Positions 30,075 through 38,568 of a stretch of 64,000 nt of DNA are shown piece after piece. The stretch is from a candidate division FCPU426 bacterium (GTDB lineage: Bacteria; Oederibacteriota; PGYV01; Palsa-1178): NCBI GenBank assembly GCA_963840035.1, contig CAWIXE010000002.1, positions 1,568,001-1,632,000 of the forward strand, in the 5' to 3' direction. The notes under the pieces were generated by a model. The model was not told the origin of the DNA. It did not search any database and worked only from the letters and a program-made list of their open reading frames with translations. Numbering within the stretch: the first letter of the stretch is position 1; each line of letters begins with the position of its first letter. The translations under genes and the position numbers were made by a program.

Positions 30075-30554
30075 TTAAAAGAAGTACTTTTCTAAGACGC
30101 GCTCCATTTTCCCGTTTTTTTTTGGGTCAAGCCCCTCTTTTTTAAAGAACGAGTACGCATGTGCCAGCATTTCCTTCTGCCTGTTCATCTCATTAATCAC
30201 TGCCTGGAGCCTCGTGTTTTCCATCTTTGTTGTTCTCAGTTGGCGTTCCGACGCTTGCAGGGTTTTCCGTACTTCCGCGTCCCGGACATAGCCCTTCTCC
30301 TTCCTGCCTCTCCGGTTGGATTCCAGGGCCAATATCGCCCCTTCCTGAAACTTTCTGCTCCACTCCCACACCACTTCCCTCGTCACCCCCGCCTGCTTTG
30401 CCGCCTCCTTCACCTGTGTCCTGCCGCAAAGAACTTCCAGTACCGTCCTGAACTTTGTCCTTGCCTGTATCTTCTTGTGAAACCTGTCTTCCGGCGCCTC
30501 TATCTCCGGCATCCTGTTGTTTTCCTCCGGAGCTGCCTGCAATAACTTCGTCAT
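30075..30554 (-). CDS. HTH plus coiled-coil protein, IS3-like OrfA
   Basis: AAAGGAGG SD; VKEAAKQAGVTREVVWEWSRKF HTH; heptad-like C-terminus ending near an A AAA AAA slip site. Confidence 0.8.
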   Translation of the reverse strand: MTKLLQAAPEENNRMPEIEAPEDRFHKKIQARTKFRTVLEVLCGRTQVKEAAKQAGVTREVVWEWSRKFQEGAILALESNRRGRKEKGYVRDAEVRKTLQASERQLRTTKMENTRLQAVINEMNRQKEMLAHAYSFFKKEGLDPKKNGKMERVLEKYFF

Positions 30555-31965
30555 GTTTCTCCTCCTTTGATATATTTTCAAGCGTCTTTCCCGGCCCGTC
30601 CACCGTCATCGTTCCTTCCCTGGCTATTATCCTTATCTCCTTTCCGCCGGCTTTTCCGATGAAGTAAACAGGCTCATTTCCCTGTCTTGGGTCGGCTGCC
30701 ATGGAATCCCTGACCATTACAGCTCCTTTTTCCATGATGTCGCGCATGCCGTCGTCGACCCCAAAAAAACGGTCTGCCGGCACCAGCCCTCCTATCCCCT
30801 GGTGCGGCCGCTTGAAATTATACCACTGTATCCACGCCTTTATTTTTTCTTCGGCGTCTTCAAAGCTGTTCATGGGTTCCTTGCTCAGCAGTTCCTGGTA
30901 CATATTGCGCCAAAGCGATTCTATCTTGCCGAGCGTCTCAGGATGGTACGGCCTGCTCCTTGTATGTTTTATCCCGCTTTGCACGAGGAACTTCTGAAAT
31001 TCGCTTGTCCCGCGCCACGTATAAAACTGCCTGCCGTTGTCGGTCAGCATTTCCTTCGGCATGCCGTATCGCTCTATGGCGGCGCGGAGCACATCCAGGC
31101 ACCTGTCCGTAGTCTGCCTGCGGAACAGGCCAATACTCGCCACAAACCTCGAGTAGTCATCAAGACAGGCAATCACATATACCCTGTAAAGGCCTTGCAG
31201 GAAAAAGGTCATGATGTCCATCTGGTACATCTCACGGGGGTTGGAACGTTCAAAATGTTGCGGTTCTTTGCCGCTGTTGCCATGCCTGAGTTTTTTCTGT
31301 TTTTCCATTAAAGAAACAGTACGGGGATTTTCATTCAATATCTTCCTAATGCGCAGGGCCCCAATCCGCACGAATTTGTTACGGTAAAGCCAGTCAGATA
31401 TCTTCCGTGATCCGATTCCCGGGTTTTCAACTTTAATCCTGATAATTTCGGCTATTATTTCTTGCGGTATCTCCTGATGTTTTTTCCCACATCTTCGGTC
31501 AGCGAGACCCTGTTCCCCATTCTTCCGGAACTTGTCATACCACCCCCTGAAAGTATAAATACCAATGCCATACCATTTACAAAACATTCCTATAGGAGCG
31601 CCTATAGATTCAAATTCTTTTATAAGTTTAAATTTTTCCTCTACACTATAGAACCGGCTCCTCGAAAATGATTGTTTTTGTTTATTTGCACGGCCCAACT
31701 TTTTCGCAAACTTTTTCGTAAAACTTCCGGGATTGTTGCGGATATTTCCGGCGAATAATCCTTGTTCCTGCAAATTCTTTTTATTAGACGAATTTGATGA
31801 ATAAAAATCCCGTTGATATGTTTTTGATTGTATGTTGGCCTTGAGATTTTGGCCGGGGAATTCCAGATTGTATGTTTTCTTTTGTCTCGGATAGTTTCTT
31901 AGCTGTTTTTTCGTCATGTAGCGTGAATCGTCTTCAAAATCGGGTTGTCTTTTCTGGTAAGCCAT
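30193..31965 (-). CDS. IS481-like DDE transposase/integrase with low-complexity C-tail overlapping OrfA
   Basis: AGGAGG SD; HTH; YQMDI, CLDDYSR, LTDNGRQF, GKIESLW, RPHQGIGGLVPADRF. Confidence 0.9.
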   Translation of the reverse strand: MAYQKRQPDFEDDSRYMTKKQLRNYPRQKKTYNLEFPGQNLKANIQSKTYQRDFYSSNSSNKKNLQEQGLFAGNIRNNPGSFTKKFAKKLGRANKQKQSFSRSRFYSVEEKFKLIKEFESIGAPIGMFCKWYGIGIYTFRGWYDKFRKNGEQGLADRRCGKKHQEIPQEIIAEIIRIKVENPGIGSRKISDWLYRNKFVRIGALRIRKILNENPRTVSLMEKQKKLRHGNSGKEPQHFERSNPREMYQMDIMTFFLQGLYRVYVIACLDDYSRFVASIGLFRRQTTDRCLDVLRAAIERYGMPKEMLTDNGRQFYTWRGTSEFQKFLVQSGIKHTRSRPYHPETLGKIESLWRNMYQELLSKEPMNSFEDAEEKIKAWIQWYNFKRPHQGIGGLVPADRFFGVDDGMRDIMEKGAVMVRDSMAADPRQGNEPVYFIGKAGGKEIRIIAREGTMTVDGPGKTLENISKEEKHDEVIAGSSGGKQQDAGDRGAGRQVSQEDTGKDKVQDGTGSSLRQDTGEGGGKAGGGDEGSGVGVEQKVSGRGDIGPGIQPERQEGEGLCPGRGSTENPASVGTPTENNKDGKHEAPGSD

Positions 31966-31998
31966 GATATATTACCTCCTGAAGAGATTTCAGGGGCT

Positions 31999-32053
31999 AA
32001 TATGTTAGGCAATTAAATACGGGAAGGTGTCTAATTATTCATGAATTATAACA
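31999..32053 (-). mobile_element. Putative transposon end A (TGT-N19-GACA...TTTAATTGCCTAACATATT on minus strand)
   Basis: Upstream of the transposase; truncates ORF 32039-32224; subterminal 19-mer matches end B at 18/19. Confidence 0.65.
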
Positions 32054-32224
32054 ATTAAACAAAGGAATAAAATTTGTTCCATCATCATTGCAGTTTCCTA
32101 AAACAATAACAACATCGGTTAGCGAACAAGTGCCAAATTCCACTTTTTCATTTAGAGCATATACAAAATTATAAACAAAAAATATAAAGAATGTTATAAT
32201 GAAAAATTTGAAGAACCTTTTCAT
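32039..32224 (-). pseudogene. Truncated secreted protein (signal peptide plus short stub)
   Basis: Signal-peptide-like N-terminus; frame ends just after crossing the TGT of end A. Confidence 0.55.
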
Positions 32225-33264
32225 GATTTAATTGCTCCATTAGAATATTTAATAATTAAACCTGAGTTTTTGCCTAACCACAACTGGAAAATATTACCAT
32301 CTTTACTTATATATATATCTTTGCGTGGTTTATAAGTAAATTCTTTCCTTAATTTTACGATATTAACAATATTTCCTTTTTTATTTATAACCATAATCAA
32401 TCTCTCTTGTTTTGCTGATTCATAAAATTTATTCTCGGGTTTCATTAATTCCCATAACAAATATATAGTTCCATTTTTATCAATTCCAGAAAGAGAATCC
32501 TTAGCCAAATAATATTCGCTGTTAATATCATTTACTAATGAATTTATGTTTAATTCAATCCAATCGTAACAATTTCCACTAATACACTTTTGTATTATTT
32601 TTTTACTGTTGTTTTTAGCCGCATCTACAGGTATTATGATTTTATAATCTAATTTATCATCATTGTTATAATATCTTTCTTTTGTTTGTCTAACTTTATT
32701 GCTTATTTCTTCGATTTCATTTTTTTCTTTTAACTTTTTGATTTTATTTTGTTTTTCTGTAAATAAATTATATGATTCCTTTTCGGTAAGTTTACGACTT
32801 TTAATTTCAAAATCTGAATATGGTTTTACAACTACGATATTGCCATCATTTGTATCAATCAGATCATTACCATATCGGTCCCCTTCAAAATCAATTGGAA
32901 AATTCTGACTTGTTTTTTCTTTGCTAATTTTTACAATACGACTATTAACGCTGTCCAATATATACATAGCATTATCCTTAACAATAAATGCGCTTGGACA
33001 AAAACTTCCACCCTTTACCCCCAATTCATTTTCTTTGGAACCATATTGTATTTCTGCAACTATAACACCTTTATCCTTGGCGTTTTCTTTGATCTTATTT
33101 ATTACAATTTTGGAAATATCAAGTTTGCTAACGGTGTTTTCATTGTTTGATTTAATGTTAGAATTTTCTTGTGCGTTGTTATATTGTGCTAAAACCAAAA
33201 TTAAAATAGAACAAATTAAGCATTTCTTCATCTTCCCCTCCATTATTTTTTCACCTTTATCCAT
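32221..33264 (-). CDS. AT-rich secreted hypothetical protein, beta-propeller/NHL-like segments
   Basis: Signal peptide from MKKCLICSILILVLAQYNNA; PSAFIV..MYILDSVNSRIV and DIYISKDGNIFQL blades. Confidence 0.65.
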   Translation of the reverse strand: MDKGEKIMEGKMKKCLICSILILVLAQYNNAQENSNIKSNNENTVSKLDISKIVINKIKENAKDKGVIVAEIQYGSKENELGVKGGSFCPSAFIVKDNAMYILDSVNSRIVKISKEKTSQNFPIDFEGDRYGNDLIDTNDGNIVVVKPYSDFEIKSRKLTEKESYNLFTEKQNKIKKLKEKNEIEEISNKVRQTKERYYNNDDKLDYKIIIPVDAAKNNSKKIIQKCISGNCYDWIELNINSLVNDINSEYYLAKDSLSGIDKNGTIYLLWELMKPENKFYESAKQERLIMVINKKGNIVNIVKLRKEFTYKPRKDIYISKDGNIFQLWLGKNSGLIIKYSNGAIKS

Positions 33265-33313
33265 GTAAAGGCTGCTGGTTGGTTTATCGCTACATTACTA
33301 ATTTTTGTATTTG

Positions 33314-33367
33314 TGTATTGAGCGCGATTTGTTTGGACATTTTACCCCTTTAATTGCCTTACATATT
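33314..33367 (+). mobile_element. Putative transposon end B (TGT-N19-GACA...TTTAATTGCCTTACATATT)
   Basis: Same architecture as end A, inverted orientation. Confidence 0.6.
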
Positions 33368-33755
33368 TTAACCCTCTGTTAATTCAAATTATAGCAGACA
33401 ATTCTTCTCTTTTCAACCCGAAAGATAAATTATTTTAAAAATTTTGAAATTTAACCGGAATTTTTGCATTCATTTCAAAAATTCACAAATTTTCCCGGAG
33501 TTCAGGGGCCTTATGCTCCTATAAAAATTTATAAATATCGTTTTTTCTATAAATAATTCTATAATTTTATGAAAAGCTGATAGACCCGGGGACAATTTCT
33601 GTACATTATAGCGCTATGCTAAACAATAAACGCAAATAATTGGAAAACCATGCGCGGAATGGATATTGATTTTTTTACATCACTTGCTTGATAATCTAAA
33701 CAGGTTCACGGTATATTTACATTTTGAAAACATTTTCAAATAACGATTTATTTCC

Positions 33756-33808
33756 CCGCTTTACTTCACCACAGAGGCGGTCTGGTTTGAGCTGAGCCCC
33801 GGCATAAA
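33756..33808 (+). repeat. Diverged direct copy of mrfA-like helicase segment 27803-27855
   Basis: 43/53 nt identical; encodes PLYFTTEAVWFELSPGI versus PLTFTTEAVWFELDPGI. Confidence 0.85.
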
Positions 33809-33827
33809 GATTGGATTTCCCTGTCGC

Positions 33828-33976
33828 GGGCGAGCCATCGGCTCGCCCCTACGAACCTAAAATTAATCTCACCGTTGCGGGCCGCCACATGGGGCGGCCC
33901 CTACAGGGGTTGTAAATATTTATGACAACACAAAAACAAATCCAACCTTGCGGGCGGACACATATTCCGCCCCTAC
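33828..33976. repeat. Three GTAG-type REP hairpins (...CCCCTAC)
   Basis: GGGCGAGCCATCGGCTCGCCCCTAC, GGGCCGCC..GGCGGCCCCTAC, GGGCGGA..TCCGCCCCTAC. Confidence 0.85.
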
Positions 33977-34012
33977 GGGGTTAGTAATTTTGGTTTGTAC
34001 TTCCGGCTTCAT

Positions 34013-34140
34013 CCCCTCTCCCTCGATGGGAGAGGGTGCTGCAGCAGCTGATACCTTGGCAATACCTCGAGGTTGTGCCGCAGGGATAGCCGCTACAGCA
34101 CCCCCCATCCCATCCTTCCCCCTTGAAGGGGGAAGGGGAA
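34013..34140. repeat. CCCCTCTCCC/GGGAGAGGG-type palindromic element, copy 2
   Basis: Homologous to 16291-16459. Confidence 0.7.
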
Positions 34141-34160
34141 GATCTGTTTAAATCTAAAAT

Positions 34161-34190
34161 AAAAAGGCGGGGTTTATCCCCGCCATTTTT
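34161..34190. terminator. Intrinsic terminator, possibly bidirectional
   Basis: AAAAA-GGCGGGG-TTTAT-CCCCGCC-ATTTTT downstream of the 34213-35037 gene. Confidence 0.7.
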
Positions 34191-34212
34191 ATTTTTTGTA
34201 AATAGCAAATTT

Positions 34213-35037
34213 CTACTTTATTACAACATCAAACGATATACTGTCCTGTATGGCAAATCCCCCGTCCGGGTGGTTGTAGTAGGCCCTGACTTCGTATTTG
34301 CCGGCTGCCTGTCCCGGGACCGGGAAGACTCCGTCTTTTGCCCCGTTTATGTACTGCCAGTTCCCCCAGTAATTTGCAGGCACGCCTGCAGGTACCACGC
34401 TTATCCAGTCTGACTGGTTTCCCGGCATGTCATGGAACCTCACGCTGAAGCCCTCGCCCACTTCATATACTTTTTTATCCAGTTCAAAATGTTTGGTCCA
34501 GAGCCCTTTTTCATGGCCGTGATTTTCCCTGTGCTGCGGAGCCTGCTCTACGCGTTCCCCTGATTGACCGCCGATGGTTAAATCCCTCTGCTTTTTTGCC
34601 TGGAACTTTACCGACCACATGGTGCCGCCTTCCTCATACACTGTCATCTTTATGTACGCGTCAATTTCGGCGTCTTTCCACAAAAGCGGTATCTCGCCTT
34701 TAAAATCCTCTTCGCCGTCCTGGGACAGTACTACCTTTGCGCCGACAGGCTCTAAAATCTCAACCTTCGGGTAAGGAAAAAGAGCCTTATTGTAACTTAC
34801 CGGGATTACCCTGCCGTCTGATAATTCTATCCCGTCCTCGGCCATAACCGCCTTTAACGTTTTCCAGCCCTTTGAAACCTGTTTCTTAACATGCTTTTTC
34901 TGTACCGGCCGGTCCTCCATCTGAAGCGCGCTGTCCATTCCTTCCACTCCAAGGTTCATGTTGATGCTTACCTGCTTTCCGTACGAAAACACTGCCAGAG
35001 CTACTGATAAAACAACTGCAATTCCGGTCTTTTTCAT
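34213..35037 (-). CDS. Secreted hypothetical protein with C-terminal Ig-like domain
   Basis: Signal peptide, AAGGAGG SD, C-terminal DWISVVPAG...GKYEVRAYY beta-sandwich. Confidence 0.7.
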   Translation of the reverse strand: MKKTGIAVVLSVALAVFSYGKQVSINMNLGVEGMDSALQMEDRPVQKKHVKKQVSKGWKTLKAVMAEDGIELSDGRVIPVSYNKALFPYPKVEILEPVGAKVVLSQDGEEDFKGEIPLLWKDAEIDAYIKMTVYEEGGTMWSVKFQAKKQRDLTIGGQSGERVEQAPQHRENHGHEKGLWTKHFELDKKVYEVGEGFSVRFHDMPGNQSDWISVVPAGVPANYWGNWQYINGAKDGVFPVPGQAAGKYEVRAYYNHPDGGFAIQDSISFDVVIK

Positions 35038-35075
35038 CTTCGTCCTCCTTTAGTATATTGAAAACCTATATTTCA

Positions 35076-35092
35076 TTTTACCGGTAAAACAA
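35076..35092. promoter_or_regulatory. Putative LacI-family operator TTTTACCGGTAAAA
   Basis: Perfect 14-bp palindrome ~40 nt upstream of the 35037 start; 16-mer repeated at 36204-36219. Confidence 0.7.
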
Positions 35093-35154
35093 AAGCTTAA
35101 AAAAAACATTTTTATTGCTCTTATATGATTAGACGCTTAGCCCGGCTAATTTGT

Positions 35155-36183
35155 TTACGCTGATTCCCTTACTATTAATTCAGGATTAAAAACAACATCT
35201 TTATCCTTATCCAGCCCGCCGTCTATGGCGGCTATGGCTATGTCAAAAGCCTCCCTGCCCATCTGAATTATAGGCTGCTTAACGGTCGTTAAAGCCGGCT
35301 TCACAAGCTTTGAAAAAATAAGGTCGTCATACCCGATAAGTGAAATATCTTTTGGTATCTTTACACCGCGCGCGGCCGCCTGCTCCATGAATCCCAGCGC
35401 AGTCATGTCGCCCGCCGGACAGAAAACCGCGTCAGGCTTTAACCCGCGGTCAAGATAGCTGTTCAGCGCGTCCTTACCTTCCTCATACGAAAAAGTATGC
35501 GCGGGCATGAGAAGCGCCGGGTCGTGCTTTATACCGTAATCCTTTAACGCCTTCATGTACCCGTCATAGCGCTCAGCAGCTGACGTATAAACTTCTACAT
35601 CCTCAAACATCGGCGTTAAATCCGCGGAAATCAGCCCTATCCTTTTCTTTCCCTTTTTTATCAGGTACTCCGTGGCCTTATATGCCCCCGCAAAACTGTC
35701 CGTTTTTATGGAATGGGCGCCTTTCACCTTTTGTTCAACAACAATCATGGGAACGCCTTTATTCTTAAAATCCTTTACCATACTTTCAGATGGCTTTATA
35801 CCAAGCAAAATTATGGCCCTTGCCTGCTTTCCGTAAAGTATTTCCTCGAGCATGTTTTCACCTACCCGCGGGGATTTTCTTGTGGATACCGGCTCTATGG
35901 AGTAATCATACCTGTTTAAATCATATGCCTGGGTTTCAATGCCTTCGAGTATACCCGAAATAAACGGCGAGACAAGCATAACGCTGACCACGCTAATGAC
36001 ATTTGAACTGCCTTTAGCAAGCCCGCGTGCCGCGGCGCTCGGATGGAAATTCATGTCCTTAATGACCTTCGTGACTTTATCGCGTGTCTCAGGGGTGATT
36101 CGCGGGTCATTATTAAAAACCATGGAAACGGTGGTATGTGATACACCGGCTTTTTTTGCCACATCCCTGATTGTAATTTTCAT
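35155..36183 (-). CDS. LacI-family transcriptional regulator
   Basis: TIRDVAKKAGVSHTTVS HTH, PSAAARGL hinge, IGYDD, PALTTVKQP. Confidence 0.95.
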   Translation of the reverse strand: MKITIRDVAKKAGVSHTTVSMVFNNDPRITPETRDKVTKVIKDMNFHPSAAARGLAKGSSNVISVVSVMLVSPFISGILEGIETQAYDLNRYDYSIEPVSTRKSPRVGENMLEEILYGKQARAIILLGIKPSESMVKDFKNKGVPMIVVEQKVKGAHSIKTDSFAGAYKATEYLIKKGKKRIGLISADLTPMFEDVEVYTSAAERYDGYMKALKDYGIKHDPALLMPAHTFSYEEGKDALNSYLDRGLKPDAVFCPAGDMTALGFMEQAAARGVKIPKDISLIGYDDLIFSKLVKPALTTVKQPIIQMGREAFDIAIAAIDGGLDKDKDVVFNPELIVRESA

Positions 36184-36203
36184 TTTTTCTCCCGCTTTTT
36201 ATG

Positions 36204-36219
36204 TTTACCGGTAAAACAA
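36204..36219. promoter_or_regulatory. Putative LacI-family operator (autoregulatory copy)
   Basis: TTTACCGGTAAAACAA, 20 nt upstream of the LacI ATG. Confidence 0.7.
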
Positions 36220-36300
36220 CAATTCAAAAAAAAACTTAAACCATAAAATTTAGACGCAATTGACTCAAAAAAGTTACGCATTAATTTTGCGCCGTATGCC

Positions 36301-37536
36301 CTATTGCACTTTGGGTTTCCTTCCAAAGAAATTGATTACCCCATATAAAACCAGCGCCAGGCCGGCTATCAGCATCACGTCTTCTTCTATCATGAACTTT
36401 ATGAGGAACCCGGCTATGGCCGAGGCTATGAGCGGGCCGATGTTTCTGAATATGTAATATGAGGAAAATATCCTGCCCCTCATGTCTTCGGGCGTGTCCC
36501 TCTGGACCACGGTCTCCGCAATGCTTAAAAGCATGACTCCTGCCATACCGCCCAGAAACGCGCAGCACAAAAGGTAATAGTAATTATTAAAAAAGTACAA
36601 TCCCACTATAAAAAACCCCATCACCGGGAACACTGTCCTGATCAGGACAGTATCGGATACTTTTTTCAGCACTTTTTCTATGACTATCACTCCCAGCACA
36701 AGCCCCAGGCCGAGCGCGCCCTGCATAAACCCGAGTGCCGTGATTGTTTTTATGCCTATTTTGCTCGCCTTCATTATCTGCTCCAGCACGCCGCCGGTTA
36801 AACTTATGTAGAAGACTATGACGCTTATCATCATGATGAACACCCTGCGTGTTACGAACATCACACTTTCCTGCTTCCACATGAACTTAAAACCCGTAAC
36901 CAGCTCCTCGATAATCTTGCCGAAAGACTCTATCTGCTTGCGCTCCACCAGCGTTTCTTTGGCATTAATAAATATTATAAAAAGCGTGGCGGGCAGGTAA
37001 AGAATGGCGGAAAGTAAAAGCACGCTGTCCGCGTCAAATTCCGCGATAAGCAATCCTGCAACCGCGTATGAAAGTATCTGGGTGATTATCATTGCCGTGG
37101 CTGATATGGAGTTCGCGCGCACAAGATCCTCTTTGTTGCCGACGACATCCGGGACATATGATGATTTCGCTGGTATAAAAAACTGCGTGGCAAAAGACTT
37201 CATAAAAACAAGAGCGTAAAGAACGGGCATCCTGCCCGGTTCATGCAGGAAAAGAAATATGAAAAATATGAATGAACCCTTCACTGCGGTCGCTATCATG
37301 AGAAGGTTTTTCCTCCTGAACCGGTCTATGATGACCCCTGAAAACGGGGCAACGAGGATGATGGGTACGCCAATCCAGAAAAGCAGGATGGTCATGTTTG
37401 TGGTGGAGGAGTGTGCGCCCGGCATGGCCATAACCCAGGCAATCAAAGCCATCAGCGTTAAGCTGTCGCCTATCTGCTCTATGGTCTGTACAAGCATTAA
37501 AAACGAAAAGTTCCTGTTAATAAGAGGGTTTTTCAT
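36301..37536 (-). CDS. MFS transporter (DHA3/MefA-like)
   Basis: About 12 TM helices, SGVIIDRFRRK motif A, PEDMRGRIFS. Confidence 0.9.
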   Translation of the reverse strand: MKNPLINRNFSFLMLVQTIEQIGDSLTLMALIAWVMAMPGAHSSTTNMTILLFWIGVPIILVAPFSGVIIDRFRRKNLLMIATAVKGSFIFFIFLFLHEPGRMPVLYALVFMKSFATQFFIPAKSSYVPDVVGNKEDLVRANSISATAMIITQILSYAVAGLLIAEFDADSVLLLSAILYLPATLFIIFINAKETLVERKQIESFGKIIEELVTGFKFMWKQESVMFVTRRVFIMMISVIVFYISLTGGVLEQIMKASKIGIKTITALGFMQGALGLGLVLGVIVIEKVLKKVSDTVLIRTVFPVMGFFIVGLYFFNNYYYLLCCAFLGGMAGVMLLSIAETVVQRDTPEDMRGRIFSSYYIFRNIGPLIASAIAGFLIKFMIEEDVMLIAGLALVLYGVINFFGRKPKVQ

Positions 37537-37624
37537 AGTTTCCCTTCCAAAAAGTTTTATACTTTCCGTTCGAGAATAATATCATATAAATGGTAATATA
37601 TCCATATTATTTTGATTTTGACAC

Positions 37625-38467
37625 TTAAACGGTGTATTTTGCTATGGATATTATTGTTGAAAGCAGGAGCGAGACAAAAAGGTATATGCTGATTGCGTAA
37701 CCCACGTCAGAGAACATTTCCTTCCTTATTTTTAGCCTGGCATTAAGTATCTTGTCCAGAAAAAGCGGTATTACCACCACAAAGGCCGTGCCGCACACTA
37801 TAAATGCCAGCCATGTAAGGAAAATGGATTTCTCAAGCCCCGCCGGCAGTTTTGGAAGCAGCGGGTAAATGACAACATTGCTTAATATAATGAAAACAAT
37901 TATTGAAACAGGCAGTATGAGGAAAAAGTACAGTTTTTTAATTATCGTCTTGTTCGCTTTTTTCGCGTCGACTATGGAATCGGCCGAGCCGGTCCTGTTT
38001 AAGGATTTATACTGCTTTAAAAAGAGGTTTGTCGCCCATATCTCAAACTTTATAAATGTCCCTGATACTTCGTTATACATATAAACCCCGTAAGCCACAG
38101 CCCAGAAGAACAGCCAGAAATAATCCTTCAACACCCAGGCTGAGTGGGCAAATATCACGGTGGCGATGGAAACGCAGAATAATATGACCGTGTCAACCTG
38201 GGTTAAGTATACGGAGATCCTCTCGCAGAAGCGGTAAAAAACATACTGGCCCATGATGTCCTCAAGTTCCTGTTTCTGCTTGTTTAAAGTCTTAACCAGC
38301 AGTTCATCCTGCCCGTAGATGGCGGAGTCAGTGGTGTAGCGCTCAATCCTCTCGGTGATCCTGTCATAATAGCCCCAGAACCCTTCCTTGAGGTGGTCAA
38401 AAACACCCATAATAATCTCGTATATCATTATGAAGAGAAGCCAGAGAAGGAAAAAATAAACCGCCAA
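37625..38467 (-). CDS. Hypothetical membrane protein
   Basis: 280-aa ORF with about six hydrophobic segments. Confidence 0.65.
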   Translation of the reverse strand: MAVYFFLLWLLFIMIYEIIMGVFDHLKEGFWGYYDRITERIERYTTDSAIYGQDELLVKTLNKQKQELEDIMGQYVFYRFCERISVYLTQVDTVILFCVSIATVIFAHSAWVLKDYFWLFFWAVAYGVYMYNEVSGTFIKFEIWATNLFLKQYKSLNRTGSADSIVDAKKANKTIIKKLYFFLILPVSIIVFIILSNVVIYPLLPKLPAGLEKSIFLTWLAFIVCGTAFVVVIPLFLDKILNARLKIRKEMFSDVGYAISIYLFVSLLLSTIISIAKYTV

Positions 38468-38483
38468 TTTAAAACCCCTTGTT

Positions 38484-38568
38484 GATTTTCAATTCTGAAT
38501 TTTCAATTTTCAATTAAAATCGAAAAATACCGGCTTCAATTGAAAATTCAAAATTGAAAATAGAAAAT
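38484..38568. repeat. Inverted heptamer array (AATTTTC / GAAAATT)
   Basis: GATTTTC AATTCTG AATTTTC AATTTTC ... AATTGAA AATTCAA AATTGAA AATAGAA. Confidence 0.85.

Noticed and set aside
30124..30195. Readthrough fusion of the two DDE ORFs (same frame)
   Set aside because: TAA TGA plus a further in-frame TAA intervene.
33501..33517. TTCAGGGGC match to 31989-31997 as an extra transposase-binding site
   Set aside because: Only 9 bp identical; could be chance.
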